Shown here: piece by piece, positions 48,821-58,456 of the stretch
Layout: every line of letters begins with the position of its first letter
How positions within the stretch are numbered: position 1 is the first letter of the stretch
Origin: Candidatus Brocadiaceae bacterium
GTDB taxonomy: Bacteria; Planctomycetota; Brocadiia; SM23-32
Direction: 5' to 3'
Assembly (NCBI GenBank): GCA_003551305.1
Contig: PUMJ01000156.1
Location: forward strand, 27,325 to 91,324
DNA: 64,000 nucleotides
Notes under the pieces: generated by a model
Told to the model about the DNA's origin: nothing
The model's database searches: none
Seen by the model: only the letters and a program-made list of their open reading frames with translations
Position numbers and translations under genes: made by a program

Positions 48821-49915
48821 TCAGTCCAGCACGGCGAGGGCGGCATCGCGGATGATGTCTTCGGGCACGCCCTCCCGCTCGGTCCAACGGCCTATGCCCT
48901 CCAGCAGCACGAAGCGGTTCTTGCCGGTGACGAACTTCTTGTCGTGCTGCATCAGCCGGAGGACCTGCTCCAGTTCGAGTCCCTCGACGCGGACGGGCAG
49001 TCCGGCGCTCTGCAGTACGGCGCGCAGGCGGCGTGTCACTTCCGCGTCGCAGAGCCCGCACCGGACGCTGATGTCGGCGGCGGCCACCATGCCTACGGCC
49101 ACGGCCTCGCCGTGGGTGAGGCGTCCGGCGGCGGCCTTCTCCATCGCGTGGCCCAGGGTATGGCCGAAATTCAGGCAGACGCGCACATGCGCCTCGTCCC
49201 GTTCGTCTCTTCGCACCACGTCGGCTTTCAACTCGACACAGGTCGGCACGACGCGCATGAGCGCCTCCCGGTCCAGGGCCACGAGCGCCTCCACATTCGC
49301 CTCCAGGAACTCGAACAGGTCCACGTCTACGGCGCCGTACTTGATGACCTCGGCCGTGCCGGAGCGCACCTGGCGGGGGTCGAGCGTCGCCAGCGTGGCG
49401 AGGTCCATGTAGACGAGGCCCGGCTGATAGAAGGCGCCGACCAGGTTCTTGCCCTCCGGCAGGTTGACGGCTGTCTTGCCGCCGACGCTGCTGTCCACGG
49501 CGGCCAGCAGGGTGGTGGGCGCCTGCACGTAGGGTACGCCGCGGCGGAAGCAGGCGGCCGCGAAACCGCCCAGGTCGCCGACCACGCCGCCCCCGAGGGC
49601 GACCACGACGGGGCGGATGGAAGGGTCCGGGGCGAACCGGGCCAGCCAGCGCACCGCGCGGGCGAAGTTCTCCAGGTTCTTGTTCTCCTCGCCGTCGGGC
49701 AGATCCCAGCGGTCAACGTGGCCGAAGCCCGCCGCCCGCAGGCCGGCGGCGGCCGCCTCGTAGTAGAGGCCGCCGATGCGAGGGCTGGTGATGAGGGCCA
49801 CGTTGTCGCGTGCCACGCCGCGCTCGCGCATGGCGGCACCGAGGTCGCCCAGACAGTCGAAGCCGATCAATATGTCGTAGGACCGCTCGCCGAGCGGTAT
49901 GCGAACCGTGCGCAT
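48821..49915 (-). CDS. aroB: 3-dehydroquinate synthase
   Basis: GGGVVGDLGGF, PTTLLAAVDSSVGGKT, KNLVGAFYQP, LNFGHTLGHA, HGEAV. Confidence 0.96.
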   Translation of the reverse strand: MRTVRIPLGERSYDILIGFDCLGDLGAAMRERGVARDNVALITSPRIGGLYYEAAAAGLRAAGFGHVDRWDLPDGEENKNLENFARAVRWLARFAPDPSIRPVVVALGGGVVGDLGGFAAACFRRGVPYVQAPTTLLAAVDSSVGGKTAVNLPEGKNLVGAFYQPGLVYMDLATLATLDPRQVRSGTAEVIKYGAVDVDLFEFLEANVEALVALDREALMRVVPTCVELKADVVRRDERDEAHVRVCLNFGHTLGHAMEKAAAGRLTHGEAVAVGMVAAADISVRCGLCDAEVTRRLRAVLQSAGLPVRVEGLELEQVLRLMQHDKKFVTGKNRFVLLEGIGRWTEREGVPEDIIRDAALAVLD

Positions 49916-50007
49916 GGCCGGTGCTCACCTGGGGGAATGTGGAGGCAGTATGTAATCACGTTTGGCGCCCGCCTGCAACTGAGGGGGCGGCACAGGGCGG
50001 GCGCCGT

Positions 50008-51747
50008 TCAGGTGCGGTGGAACTTCCTGTCCAGTTCGGCCCGGCTCAGGTGGATGGTGGTGGGGCGGCCGTGCGGGCAGTTTCCGCTTTCGCCGGCCTC
50101 GGCCCGCTGCTCCAGCAGGTCCCGGAGTTGCCGGGGGCTGAGCCTCTGGCCCGCCTTCACGGCCGCCCGGCAGGCCATCAGCTGCAGTATCTTCTCCAGG
50201 CGCCCATCCACTTTGCGCGCCCCGCGGGGTCCTTCAAGCTCGGCGAGCAGTTCCTCGAAAAAGCTCTTGGCGTCGAAGTTGCCCAGTATCTGCGGAAAGG
50301 AGCGGACGATGACCGAGCGGTCCCCGAAGGACTCCATCTCCAGCCCGAAGCGCGCCAGGTCCTCCTGCAGGTCCATGACGGCGAAGAACTCCTGTTTCGG
50401 CAGTTCCACCACGTCCGGCACAAGCAACTGCTGGCTGTTGAGCGGCCCTTCAGCCAGACGGGGCTTGGTCTTGTTGTAGAGGATGCGCTCGTGCAGCGCA
50501 TGTTGATCAATGATGTTCAGTCCGTCGGCGACCTCCTCGATGATGAAGCTGTCCAGCACCTGCATGCAGTTGCCGAAGCGAACCTCATGGCGGGGCTGCG
50601 CGGCCGGGGCGCGGCCGGGCGCCCCCGAGCCGCCGGGCCCGGGGCGGGCTCCCTGCGAGGAGGCCTCGGACTGCCCGGCGAAGAAGTCGCCTATGGCGCG
50701 CCGCACCGACTCCCGCGCCGGGTCGGGCTCCGGCTCGGCGAGGGCCACCTGGGGCGTTATCCGGGCCTGCCGGAGGCAGTCGCGCATCGCGCCCAGCACC
50801 TGCTGGTGCACCTCCCGCGGCCTGCGGAAACGCACCTCCAGCTTGGTGGGATGCACGTTGACGTCCACCTGGCGTGGCGGCAGGGTCAGGAACAGGAAGC
50901 AGACCGGCCGCCGCGCGGAGGTCATCAGTTGCCTGTAGGCCTCGGCGATGGCGTGCATCAGCGTCTTGTTGCGCACGTAGCGGCCGTTGACGAACGTGTA
51001 CTGCATGCGCGTGTTGCGGCGGTCTATGGACGGGGGCAGCAGGAAGCCCTCGATCTCCAGCTCCGGCTCCCGCCCCGCGAGCGGGATGAGGTTGTCGGCC
51101 ACCTCACGGCCGAAGAACTCCCCGATGCGCTGGGCGCGGTCGGCGGCGGGTGGCAGGTTGAAGACGCGCCGCCCGTTGTGTTTCAGCACGAAGTGAATGT
51201 CCGGGCGCACCAGGGCCAGGCGGGTGACGGCCTCGGTGATGTGGGCCATCTCCGTCGCGGTTGTCTTGAGGAACTTCTTGCGCACCGGGACGTTGTAGAA
51301 CAGGTTACGCACCTCCACCTGCGTGCCCACGGGGGCGCCGCAGGCCTTCACCGGGCTGATGACGCCGTCCTCGACCTCCACCTCGTGGCCGCTGTCGCTC
51401 GGCGGCGTGCGGCTGACGATGCGCGCGTGGCTGACGGCGCCGATGCTAGCCAGGGCCTCCCCCCGGAAACCCATGGTGGTGATGTCGAAGAGGTCCTCCT
51501 CGTCCGTCAGCTTGCTGGTGGCGTGACCGGCGAAGGCCAGAGCGAGATCATCGGCGTCCATACCGCAGCCGTCATCCACCACGCGTATGAGGCGCGCTCC
51601 GCCGTCCTCCAGTTCCAGTTCGATGCGCCCTGCCCCGGCGTCCAGCGAGTTCTCCACAAGCTCCTTCACGACGGAGGAAGGGCGTTCGATGACTTCACCG
51701 GCCGCTATCTTGTTGGCCAGATTGCTGGGCAGGATGTGGATTGCCAT
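50008..51747 (-). CDS. mutL: DNA mismatch repair endonuclease MutL
   Basis: IAAGEVIERP, GFRGEALASI, DVNVHPTK, DQHALHER, ACRAA, CPHGRP. Confidence 0.97.
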   Translation of the reverse strand: MAIHILPSNLANKIAAGEVIERPSSVVKELVENSLDAGAGRIELELEDGGARLIRVVDDGCGMDADDLALAFAGHATSKLTDEEDLFDITTMGFRGEALASIGAVSHARIVSRTPPSDSGHEVEVEDGVISPVKACGAPVGTQVEVRNLFYNVPVRKKFLKTTATEMAHITEAVTRLALVRPDIHFVLKHNGRRVFNLPPAADRAQRIGEFFGREVADNLIPLAGREPELEIEGFLLPPSIDRRNTRMQYTFVNGRYVRNKTLMHAIAEAYRQLMTSARRPVCFLFLTLPPRQVDVNVHPTKLEVRFRRPREVHQQVLGAMRDCLRQARITPQVALAEPEPDPARESVRRAIGDFFAGQSEASSQGARPGPGGSGAPGRAPAAQPRHEVRFGNCMQVLDSFIIEEVADGLNIIDQHALHERILYNKTKPRLAEGPLNSQQLLVPDVVELPKQEFFAVMDLQEDLARFGLEMESFGDRSVIVRSFPQILGNFDAKSFFEELLAELEGPRGARKVDGRLEKILQLMACRAAVKAGQRLSPRQLRDLLEQRAEAGESGNCPHGRPTTIHLSRAELDRKFHRT

Positions 51748-51753
51748 GGGCGC

Positions 51754-53010
51754 TCATTCGGGCGTCAGCTCGGGCGGGTTGAGCTTAGGCCGCAGGGTCT
51801 CCTCCGGCAGGGCCGCCTTCAGCACCCGCGCCTGCGTGCGCACGGGCAGCCCGTGCAGCGCGATGAACCCCAGGGCCGCCTGATGGTCGAACTGGTCCCC
51901 TTCGTCGTAGGTGGCCAGTTCCTTCCGGTAAAGGGCCAGGGGGCTTTTGACGCCGACCTTGGTCGCCTGCCCCTTGTAGAGCTTCATGCGCACGGTGCCG
52001 CTGACGACCTGCTGGCTGCTGAGCACGAAGGCGGCCATGTCCTGGTGGAACTTGCTGAACCAGAGGCCGTCGTAGATCATGTCGGCGTAGTGGGTGCTGA
52101 CGGTCTGCTTGAAACGCAGGGCCGGGCGGGTCAGCGTCATCTCTTCCAGCGCCCTGTGGGCGGCGTGGAGCAGGACGGCAGCGGGGGCCTCGTATATCTC
52201 GCGGCTCTTGATGCCGACGACCCGGTTCTCCAGGTGGTCTATGCGGCCGACGCCGTGCGGGCCGGCGCGGCGGTTCAACTCGTGGATCAGTTCGGGCCCG
52301 TCCATTTTGCGCCCGTCGAGGCCGACGGGCACGCCGCACTCGAACTCGACCTCGACGTACTCGGCCTCGTCGGGCGCTTCGGCGGGCGCGGTCGTCCAGG
52401 CGTAGGCGTCCTCAGGTGGTTCAGCCCAGGGGTCCTCCAGCACACCGCACTCGATGCTGCGGCCCCACAGGTTTTCGTCGGTCGAGTAGGGGCTCTTGCG
52501 GGTGACGTCAACCGTGATGCCGTGCTCGGCGGCGTAGTCCATCTCGTCCTCGCGGGTCATGCCCCACTCACGGGCGGGGGCGATGATCTCCATCTCGGGG
52601 GCGAGCGTCTTTATGGCGACGTCGAAGCGGACCTGGTCGTTGCCCTTGCCGGTGCAGCCGTGGGCGACGGCACGGGCGCCGTGGCGCCGGGCGGTGTCCA
52701 CCAGCAGCTTGGCGATCAGCGGACGCCCCAGGGCCGTGGCCAGCGGGTAGACGCCCTCGTAAAGGGCTCCCGCCTGCAGGGCCGGCCAGATGAAGTAGTC
52801 CACGAACACTTCGGTGGCGTCAACGACCAGCGCCTTCACGGCGCCCACTTCCAGGGCGCGGCGGCGGATGGACTCCAGGTCCTCCTGCGTGCCCAGGTCG
52901 ATGGTGAGGGTGATGACCTCCAGGTCGTAGGTCTCCTTTATCCAGGTGACGGCCACAGAGGTGTCCAGGCCGCCGGAGTAGGCCAGAACGACGGTGTCTT
53001 TCTCGGTCAC
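51754..53010 (-). CDS. argG: argininosuccinate synthase
   Basis: LAYSGGLDTS, HGCTGKGNDQVRF, ENRVVGIKSREIYEAP. Confidence 0.97.
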   Translation of the reverse strand: MTEKDTVVLAYSGGLDTSVAVTWIKETYDLEVITLTIDLGTQEDLESIRRRALEVGAVKALVVDATEVFVDYFIWPALQAGALYEGVYPLATALGRPLIAKLLVDTARRHGARAVAHGCTGKGNDQVRFDVAIKTLAPEMEIIAPAREWGMTREDEMDYAAEHGITVDVTRKSPYSTDENLWGRSIECGVLEDPWAEPPEDAYAWTTAPAEAPDEAEYVEVEFECGVPVGLDGRKMDGPELIHELNRRAGPHGVGRIDHLENRVVGIKSREIYEAPAAVLLHAAHRALEEMTLTRPALRFKQTVSTHYADMIYDGLWFSKFHQDMAAFVLSSQQVVSGTVRMKLYKGQATKVGVKSPLALYRKELATYDEGDQFDHQAALGFIALHGLPVRTQARVLKAALPEETLRPKLNPPELTPE

Positions 53011-53180
53011 GGGTTTCTCCTCGGGGGTTTTGCGCCGCCGGCGCGCACGACGAATACCGATAGCGTCCTGCGGGGGGAAAAGGCGCCGACCACCGCACAG
53101 GCCCCATTGCCATACCGGGTTGCGCCAAAAAGGGTTATATCACAGCCCTTTGGCCCTGTCAATGAAGCTGACGTTTGCGT

Positions 53181-53209
53181 GTGACGCGCCCGCGGGTCGC
53201 TGCTATAAT
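53181..53209 (+). promoter_or_regulatory. sigma70 promoter with extended -10
   Basis: GTGACG-17 nt-TATAAT with a TG extension (TGCTATAAT). Confidence 0.65.
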
Positions 53210-53275
53210 GAGCGGGAGACGCCGGCCGGCCATCGACGCGGCCGGGCATTCGCGACTGCGAGACGCCGTGATGCG

Positions 53276-54622
53276 ATGAGAAAACCCCACCTGGGCATCC
53301 TGATAAAGCCGGTCAGCTACGACTGCAACATGGCCTGCGACTACTGCTACTACCGGCCGGTGGAGGCGCTCTACCCGGACCGGAAGCGCCCCCGCATGAG
53401 CCCGGAGGTCTTCGATGCCGTCTGCCGCCAGTACCGCGCCCTGGAACCGCGCCGGATAAATGTCGGCTGGCAGGGCGGAGAGCCAACCCTGATGGGGCTG
53501 GACTTCTTCCGCCGCGTCATCGAAATAGAGACCAGCAACGCCCGCCGGGGCGACTGCTGGGGCAACAGCCTCCAGACTAACGGCGTCGTGCTGGACGATG
53601 AGTGGTGCGAGTTTCTGGCCCGCCATCACTTCCTGGTCGGCCTGAGCGTGGACGGGCCGGGCGAGCTGAACACCATGCGCCGCTTTCCCAACGGCAAGCC
53701 TGCCTTCGACATCACAATGCGCGCCCTCGAACTGCTCCGCAAGCACCAGGTCGAGCACAACCTCCTGGTGGTCATCAGCCGCACGAACGTGGAGCAGCCG
53801 GACAGGATCTTCCAGTTCCTCGTGGACAATGACTGCCACTATGCCCAGTTCATCCCCTGCACCGAGCCAGCGGGACCGGTGGGCGGCCTCAGCGGCCACT
53901 CCATCACGGCCGAGCAGTACGCCGACTTCATGCTGGCGATGTTCGACCTCTGGGTGGAGAACGACGATCCGACCTACTACATCCGGCGCCTGGACAACTG
54001 GATCCACCAGTTTTTCGGCCTGCCTCCCGAATGCTGCGAGTACCGCGAGGACTGCTCGAACCTGGTGACCATCGAGTGGAACGGGGACGTCTACCCCTGT
54101 GATTTCTACGTCACCGAAGAGTACCGGATGGGCAACGTGCGCAAGAGCACGCTGGAGCAGATGCTCAACGGCCCGGAGTTCAGGAAGTTCGTGCGCCGGG
54201 CGGAGGCGCTCCCGCCGATGTGCGACGGCTGCGAGTGGCTGAAGGTCTGCCACGGCGGATGCTACCGCCACCGGGCCAAGCTCGGCATAGAACAGCAGGA
54301 GACGCCCTACCTGTGCGAGGCGAAGAAGCGCATTTTCGGGCACGTTTTCGAGACGCTGGAGCGCATCAAGGGCGGGCCGGCGGACAACGAACTGCACCGG
54401 TTTCTGAACCATATCGGTCGGCGGGTCGCACAGGAGCGGATGGCGGCGCGGGCCCCGGCGCCGGCGCGCGGCGGGGCGCCCTCTGGTCGCCGGACCTCTT
54501 CGGCCCGTCGGGCGGCCGCCCCGCCCTCGGGCGCGGGGCGCAACGAGCCCTGCCCCTGCGGCAGCGGCCGCAAGTTCAAGCACTGTTGCGCCTCCAGGGC
54601 GCCCAGCGGCCGCCGGGGGTAG
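53276..54622 (+). CDS. anaerobic sulfatase maturase (radical SAM/SPASM) with C-terminal SEC-C motif
   Basis: KPVSYDCNMACDYC, WQGGEPTL, QTNG, SPASM cysteines, GRNEPCPCGSGRKFKHCC. Confidence 0.92.
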   Translation: MRKPHLGILIKPVSYDCNMACDYCYYRPVEALYPDRKRPRMSPEVFDAVCRQYRALEPRRINVGWQGGEPTLMGLDFFRRVIEIETSNARRGDCWGNSLQTNGVVLDDEWCEFLARHHFLVGLSVDGPGELNTMRRFPNGKPAFDITMRALELLRKHQVEHNLLVVISRTNVEQPDRIFQFLVDNDCHYAQFIPCTEPAGPVGGLSGHSITAEQYADFMLAMFDLWVENDDPTYYIRRLDNWIHQFFGLPPECCEYREDCSNLVTIEWNGDVYPCDFYVTEEYRMGNVRKSTLEQMLNGPEFRKFVRRAEALPPMCDGCEWLKVCHGGCYRHRAKLGIEQQETPYLCEAKKRIFGHVFETLERIKGGPADNELHRFLNHIGRRVAQERMAARAPAPARGGAPSGRRTSSARRAAAPPSGAGRNEPCPCGSGRKFKHCCASRAPSGRRG

Positions 54623-54644
54623 GTGTTTGCACATGGTAAAGAGC

Positions 54645-55187
54645 ATGGAAAACGAAACCGACGGGAGCGTTGAGGTCGCCATTCTGGGCAAGTGTGTGTA
54701 TCTGAAGCCGCTGGGGTTCGCCACCCAGCGCAACAGCCTGGGCATCCCGGAGTTCCTGGACGCCATGTTCCGCACCGGCTGCACGCACGCCGTCTTTGAC
54801 CTGTCCAAGTGCCCGGGCATGGACAGCACCTTCCTGGGCGTCATCGCTGACGCCGCCACGGCCCTGCCCCGGCGCCGCGGCAAAACGGTCACCATCCTGA
54901 ACGCCAATGAGAGGAGCCGGCGCCAGCTTCATCGCGTCGGGCTGATGCCTCTGGTCAGGCTGCACGAGGGGGAGCTTTACCCGCTGGAAGAACTCCGGTT
55001 GCGCAAGATGGACTTCGTGGACTTTCCCCGGAACCGATCTGACAGGCTGGAGAAGATACGCGACCTCCACCAGAAGCTGGTGCGGCTCAACGAGGGCAAC
55101 CAGGAGCTTTTCGGCTCCTTTATCCGCATGGTGGAAGAAGAGCTTGAGCAGAACCGGCGGGCCGAGGAAGAGCAGCGGCAGCAGTGA
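54645..55187 (+). CDS. STAS-domain anti-sigma-factor antagonist
   Basis: FDLSKCPGMDSTFLGVI with the conserved phospho-Ser. Confidence 0.82.
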   Translation: MENETDGSVEVAILGKCVYLKPLGFATQRNSLGIPEFLDAMFRTGCTHAVFDLSKCPGMDSTFLGVIADAATALPRRRGKTVTILNANERSRRQLHRVGLMPLVRLHEGELYPLEELRLRKMDFVDFPRNRSDRLEKIRDLHQKLVRLNEGNQELFGSFIRMVEEELEQNRRAEEEQRQQ

Positions 55188-55210
55188 CCACATACCAGGG
55201 AGACCGCGCG

Positions 55211-56032
55211 ATGAAGTTCGGCATGTGTAACGAGTTTTGTGAGGACTGGGAGTTCGAAGATGTCTGTGGGCTGGCGGCTTCGGCCGGCTACCAGGGTGTC
55301 GAGATCGCCCCTTTCACCCTGGCGGACTCGGTGGAGGACATCACCTGGCAGCGGCGCCAGGACCTCCGCAGCACCGCCGCCGACCACGGGCTGGAGATTA
55401 TCGGGCTGCACTGGCTGCTGGTCAAGCCGGAGGGGCTGCACCTGAACTCCCTCGACCCCACCGTGCGCAAGCGCACCGTGGACTACCTGCGGGCCGAGGT
55501 CGACTTCTGCTCCGACATCGGTGGGCGGGTGATGATCGTGGGTTCGCCCAAGCAGCGCAACGTCCTGCCGGGGCAAGCCTACCCGGAGGTCTGGCAGCGG
55601 AGCATCGAGGTGTTTGGCGGCCTGGCCGAGCACGCCGGGCAACGCGACGTCTGCCTCTGCATCGAGCCGCTGGGCGCCAACGAGACGAACTTCATCCACA
55701 CCGCCGAACAGGCGCGCCGCCTGGTCCAGGCCGTCGGGCACCCGAACTTCCAGATGATGCTGGACGTGAAGGCGATGTGCCAGGATGAAGAGCCGATACC
55801 CGACATCATCCGCGCCTCCGCCCCGTACCTGAAGCACTTCCACGCCAACGACGAGAACCTGCTGGGCCCCGGTTTCGGGCAGACGGACTTCGGCCCCATC
55901 GCGCAGGCCCTGCGGGAGATCAACTACGACGGTTACGTCTCGGTGGAGGTTTTCGACTTCTCCCCCGGCCCGCGCAAGATTGCCAACAAGAGTATCGAAC
56001 ACCTGCGCAAGGTCTTCGGCGCGGCCCACTGA
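55211..56032 (+). CDS. sugar phosphate isomerase/epimerase (psicose/tagatose 3-epimerase-like TIM barrel)
   Basis: GVEIAPF, IEPL...ETNF, LDVK, HFHAND, GPGFG, SVEVF. Confidence 0.88.
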   Translation: MKFGMCNEFCEDWEFEDVCGLAASAGYQGVEIAPFTLADSVEDITWQRRQDLRSTAADHGLEIIGLHWLLVKPEGLHLNSLDPTVRKRTVDYLRAEVDFCSDIGGRVMIVGSPKQRNVLPGQAYPEVWQRSIEVFGGLAEHAGQRDVCLCIEPLGANETNFIHTAEQARRLVQAVGHPNFQMMLDVKAMCQDEEPIPDIIRASAPYLKHFHANDENLLGPGFGQTDFGPIAQALREINYDGYVSVEVFDFSPGPRKIANKSIEHLRKVFGAAH

Positions 56033-56058
56033 GCATCCATCTGACGGAGTGACGCACC

Positions 56059-57207
56059 ATGGACGACGTCCGCATACTGCTGGAAGGCAACCCGCGAACC
56101 GTAGATTTCTGCCCCGTCAGCGCCCGCGTCGAGAGGGCAGGCAAGGAACTGGAAAGCTGCGAACTGCTGGACGTGGCCGCCGGCCGGCCGGTGCCTTTCC
56201 AGGTCGAGCCCGCCGCCGGCGGCTCGGCTGTCCACTGGCTGGTGGACTCCCTGGCGCCGGGGCAGCGCCGCGAATACCTCCTGCGCGAGGCGGCCGGGCA
56301 GGCCCCCGGCCCGCAGGTTCGCCTCGAGGCCGACGAGGACAATGTGGCCGTCCTCATCGGCGACGAGCTCTTTACCCGCTACCTCTACGGGGGGGACGTG
56401 CCCAAGCCCTGCCTCTACCCCCTGATCGGGCCGTTCGGCTCCGGCGTCACACGCGCCTACCCCCAGGAGGAGGTCGAGGACGACTCGACCGACCACATCC
56501 ACCACCGCTCGCTCTACGTGGCCTGGGGCGACGTCAACGGCTCCGACAACTGGGGCGAGCACAAGGGCAGCGGCACCATGGCCCATCGCTACTTCGAGAC
56601 CGTCGAGAGCGGCCCCGTCTTCGGTCGGCTGGTCTCGCTCAACGACTGGCTCGACGCCGCGGGCAACCGCCTGATGCAGGACCGGCTCGAGTACCGCTTC
56701 TACAACGTGCCGGCCAGCTTCCGCCTGCTCGACGTGGACGTGACCTTTTACGCCAGCGACGGGGAGGTCACTTTCGGCGACACCAAGGAGGGCGGCATCC
56801 TGTCGGTGCGGGTCGCCTCCTCGATGGAGGTGGAGCGCACGGGACGGATAGAGAACGCCGTCGGCGGCGTCAACGAGAAAGAGACCTGGGGCAAGCGCGC
56901 AAGCTGGTGCGGCTACTCCGGCATGGTCGGTGACCACGAGGTCGGCATCGCCGTCTTCGACCACCCCTCCAACCTGCGCTATCCCACCTACTGGCACGTG
57001 CGCAACTACGGGCTGATGACGGCCAATCCGTTCGGACTGTCCTTTTTCGTGGACAAGAACGCCGACGGCTCCTACGTGCTGCCCGCCGGGGGGCGGCTGC
57101 GCTTCCGCTACCGCGTCTGCGTGCACGCGGGGGACGCCGCCGCCGGGCGCGTCGGCGACAGGTACCTCAACTGGACCTTCCCCCCCACCGCCACGGTCCA
57201 GGATTGA
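56059..57207 (+). CDS. PmoA-family (DUF6807-like) protein
   Basis: KPCLYPL, DHIHHRSL, FGDTKEGG, DHPSN, WHVRNYGLMTANPFG. Confidence 0.82.
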   Translation: MDDVRILLEGNPRTVDFCPVSARVERAGKELESCELLDVAAGRPVPFQVEPAAGGSAVHWLVDSLAPGQRREYLLREAAGQAPGPQVRLEADEDNVAVLIGDELFTRYLYGGDVPKPCLYPLIGPFGSGVTRAYPQEEVEDDSTDHIHHRSLYVAWGDVNGSDNWGEHKGSGTMAHRYFETVESGPVFGRLVSLNDWLDAAGNRLMQDRLEYRFYNVPASFRLLDVDVTFYASDGEVTFGDTKEGGILSVRVASSMEVERTGRIENAVGGVNEKETWGKRASWCGYSGMVGDHEVGIAVFDHPSNLRYPTYWHVRNYGLMTANPFGLSFFVDKNADGSYVLPAGGRLRFRYRVCVHAGDAAAGRVGDRYLNWTFPPTATVQD

Positions 57208-57223
57208 AGGGGGGTCAGAGACC

Positions 57224-58423
57224 ATGGAAAGACCGGGATTGTGGAAGCTGGAGCCGGAAGTCGTCACCAAGCCGTGGGGGTTGGTGCACCAGAGCGCACA
57301 GGATATAACGGGCATCCAGGTGGGCCTGGGTGAGCTGTGGCTGGCCTCGGCCCAAACCGGGCCGGGCAACTATTCCAATACCGTCAGCGACCCCGTGCTG
57401 CGCAGAACGCTTGCCGGGCTGCTGGAGGAGGCGGCGGCCGAGGGTGGCGCAGCCCTGAGGCAACTGCTGGGGCCCCGCGCCCTGCGCCACCTGCAGGAGA
57501 ACCCTCACCGCGGCAAGACCGAGGCCTGGTACGTCCGCATGGCGCAGGGACGCACCGGCGTGGTGGCCGGCCCCCGCACCGCCGAGGACGCCGAGCGCCT
57601 GAAAGAGATCATCCAGACCGACGGGCTGCGCCCGGACATCGAGTCATGGTCGGAGGAGGTCCGGCAGCTGTTGGGCATCATCGAGCCGCTCAAAGGCGGC
57701 CAGGTCTTCATGGTGCCGGCCGGCACGCTGCACACCATGTTCGCGGTCGGCCCGGACAGCCGCCTCATCATAGACGAACTGCAGCAGGGCTACGGCGAGG
57801 CCCTCCTGCCCACGCTGAGCAAGATACTGCTGGTGCAGGACGACCTGCTGAGCGTGCAGGTCCATCCCGACGACGCGACGGTGGCGGCCGCCGCCGAGGG
57901 GCGGCTGAGCATCCGCCAGAACCTGCAGGAGAACCCGACCGTGCGGGTCTACGACTTCGGCCGGCGCCCCGGCGAGTATCCCGATCTGGGTTTCCGGCTG
58001 ACGGATCCGGGGGCGGGCCTGAGGTTAGCCGAACCCCTGCGGGTCACCGTGGCGCGCGGGCATGCCTGCGAGGTGATGATGGCCGACCCGAACCTGGCCC
58101 GCAACCGCCACCTGCTCGAAGCCGGCGCCCAGGCCGACCTCGGCCCCCGCTACGGCAGCTACCGCGTGCTGCACTGCCTGCGCGGCGAGGTCGAACTGCA
58201 GGTGCCCGGCCGCGCCATGGTGCTTCTGCGGGGCGAGACGGCTTTCGTGCCCGGCTGCCTGGAGGACGACCTGCGCATGATGGCGCGCACCGACTGCGAG
58301 CTGTTCGACGACGCCTTCCCCGATATCACCGTGCTGAGCAGCTTCCTGGGCTGCCGGGGCGTCCAGGCCGGCCAGATAGAGGCCCTGCTGAGCCCACCGC
58401 GCGCCCTGCCGCCACAGGACTGA
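57224..58423 (+). CDS. type I mannose-6-phosphate isomerase-like cupin with rearranged motif order
   Basis: KPWG, GELW, GKTEAWY, VPAGTLH, ELQQ, SKIL...LSVQVHPDD, VRVYDFGR. Confidence 0.8.
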   Translation: MERPGLWKLEPEVVTKPWGLVHQSAQDITGIQVGLGELWLASAQTGPGNYSNTVSDPVLRRTLAGLLEEAAAEGGAALRQLLGPRALRHLQENPHRGKTEAWYVRMAQGRTGVVAGPRTAEDAERLKEIIQTDGLRPDIESWSEEVRQLLGIIEPLKGGQVFMVPAGTLHTMFAVGPDSRLIIDELQQGYGEALLPTLSKILLVQDDLLSVQVHPDDATVAAAAEGRLSIRQNLQENPTVRVYDFGRRPGEYPDLGFRLTDPGAGLRLAEPLRVTVARGHACEVMMADPNLARNRHLLEAGAQADLGPRYGSYRVLHCLRGEVELQVPGRAMVLLRGETAFVPGCLEDDLRMMARTDCELFDDAFPDITVLSSFLGCRGVQAGQIEALLSPPRALPPQD

Positions 58424-58456
58424 CGGCCCCGCCCCTCCCCGACACGGAACAGAGCC

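Noticed and set aside
49810..53184. 1124-aa plus-strand ORF
   Set aside because: An antisense shadow of mutL and argG.
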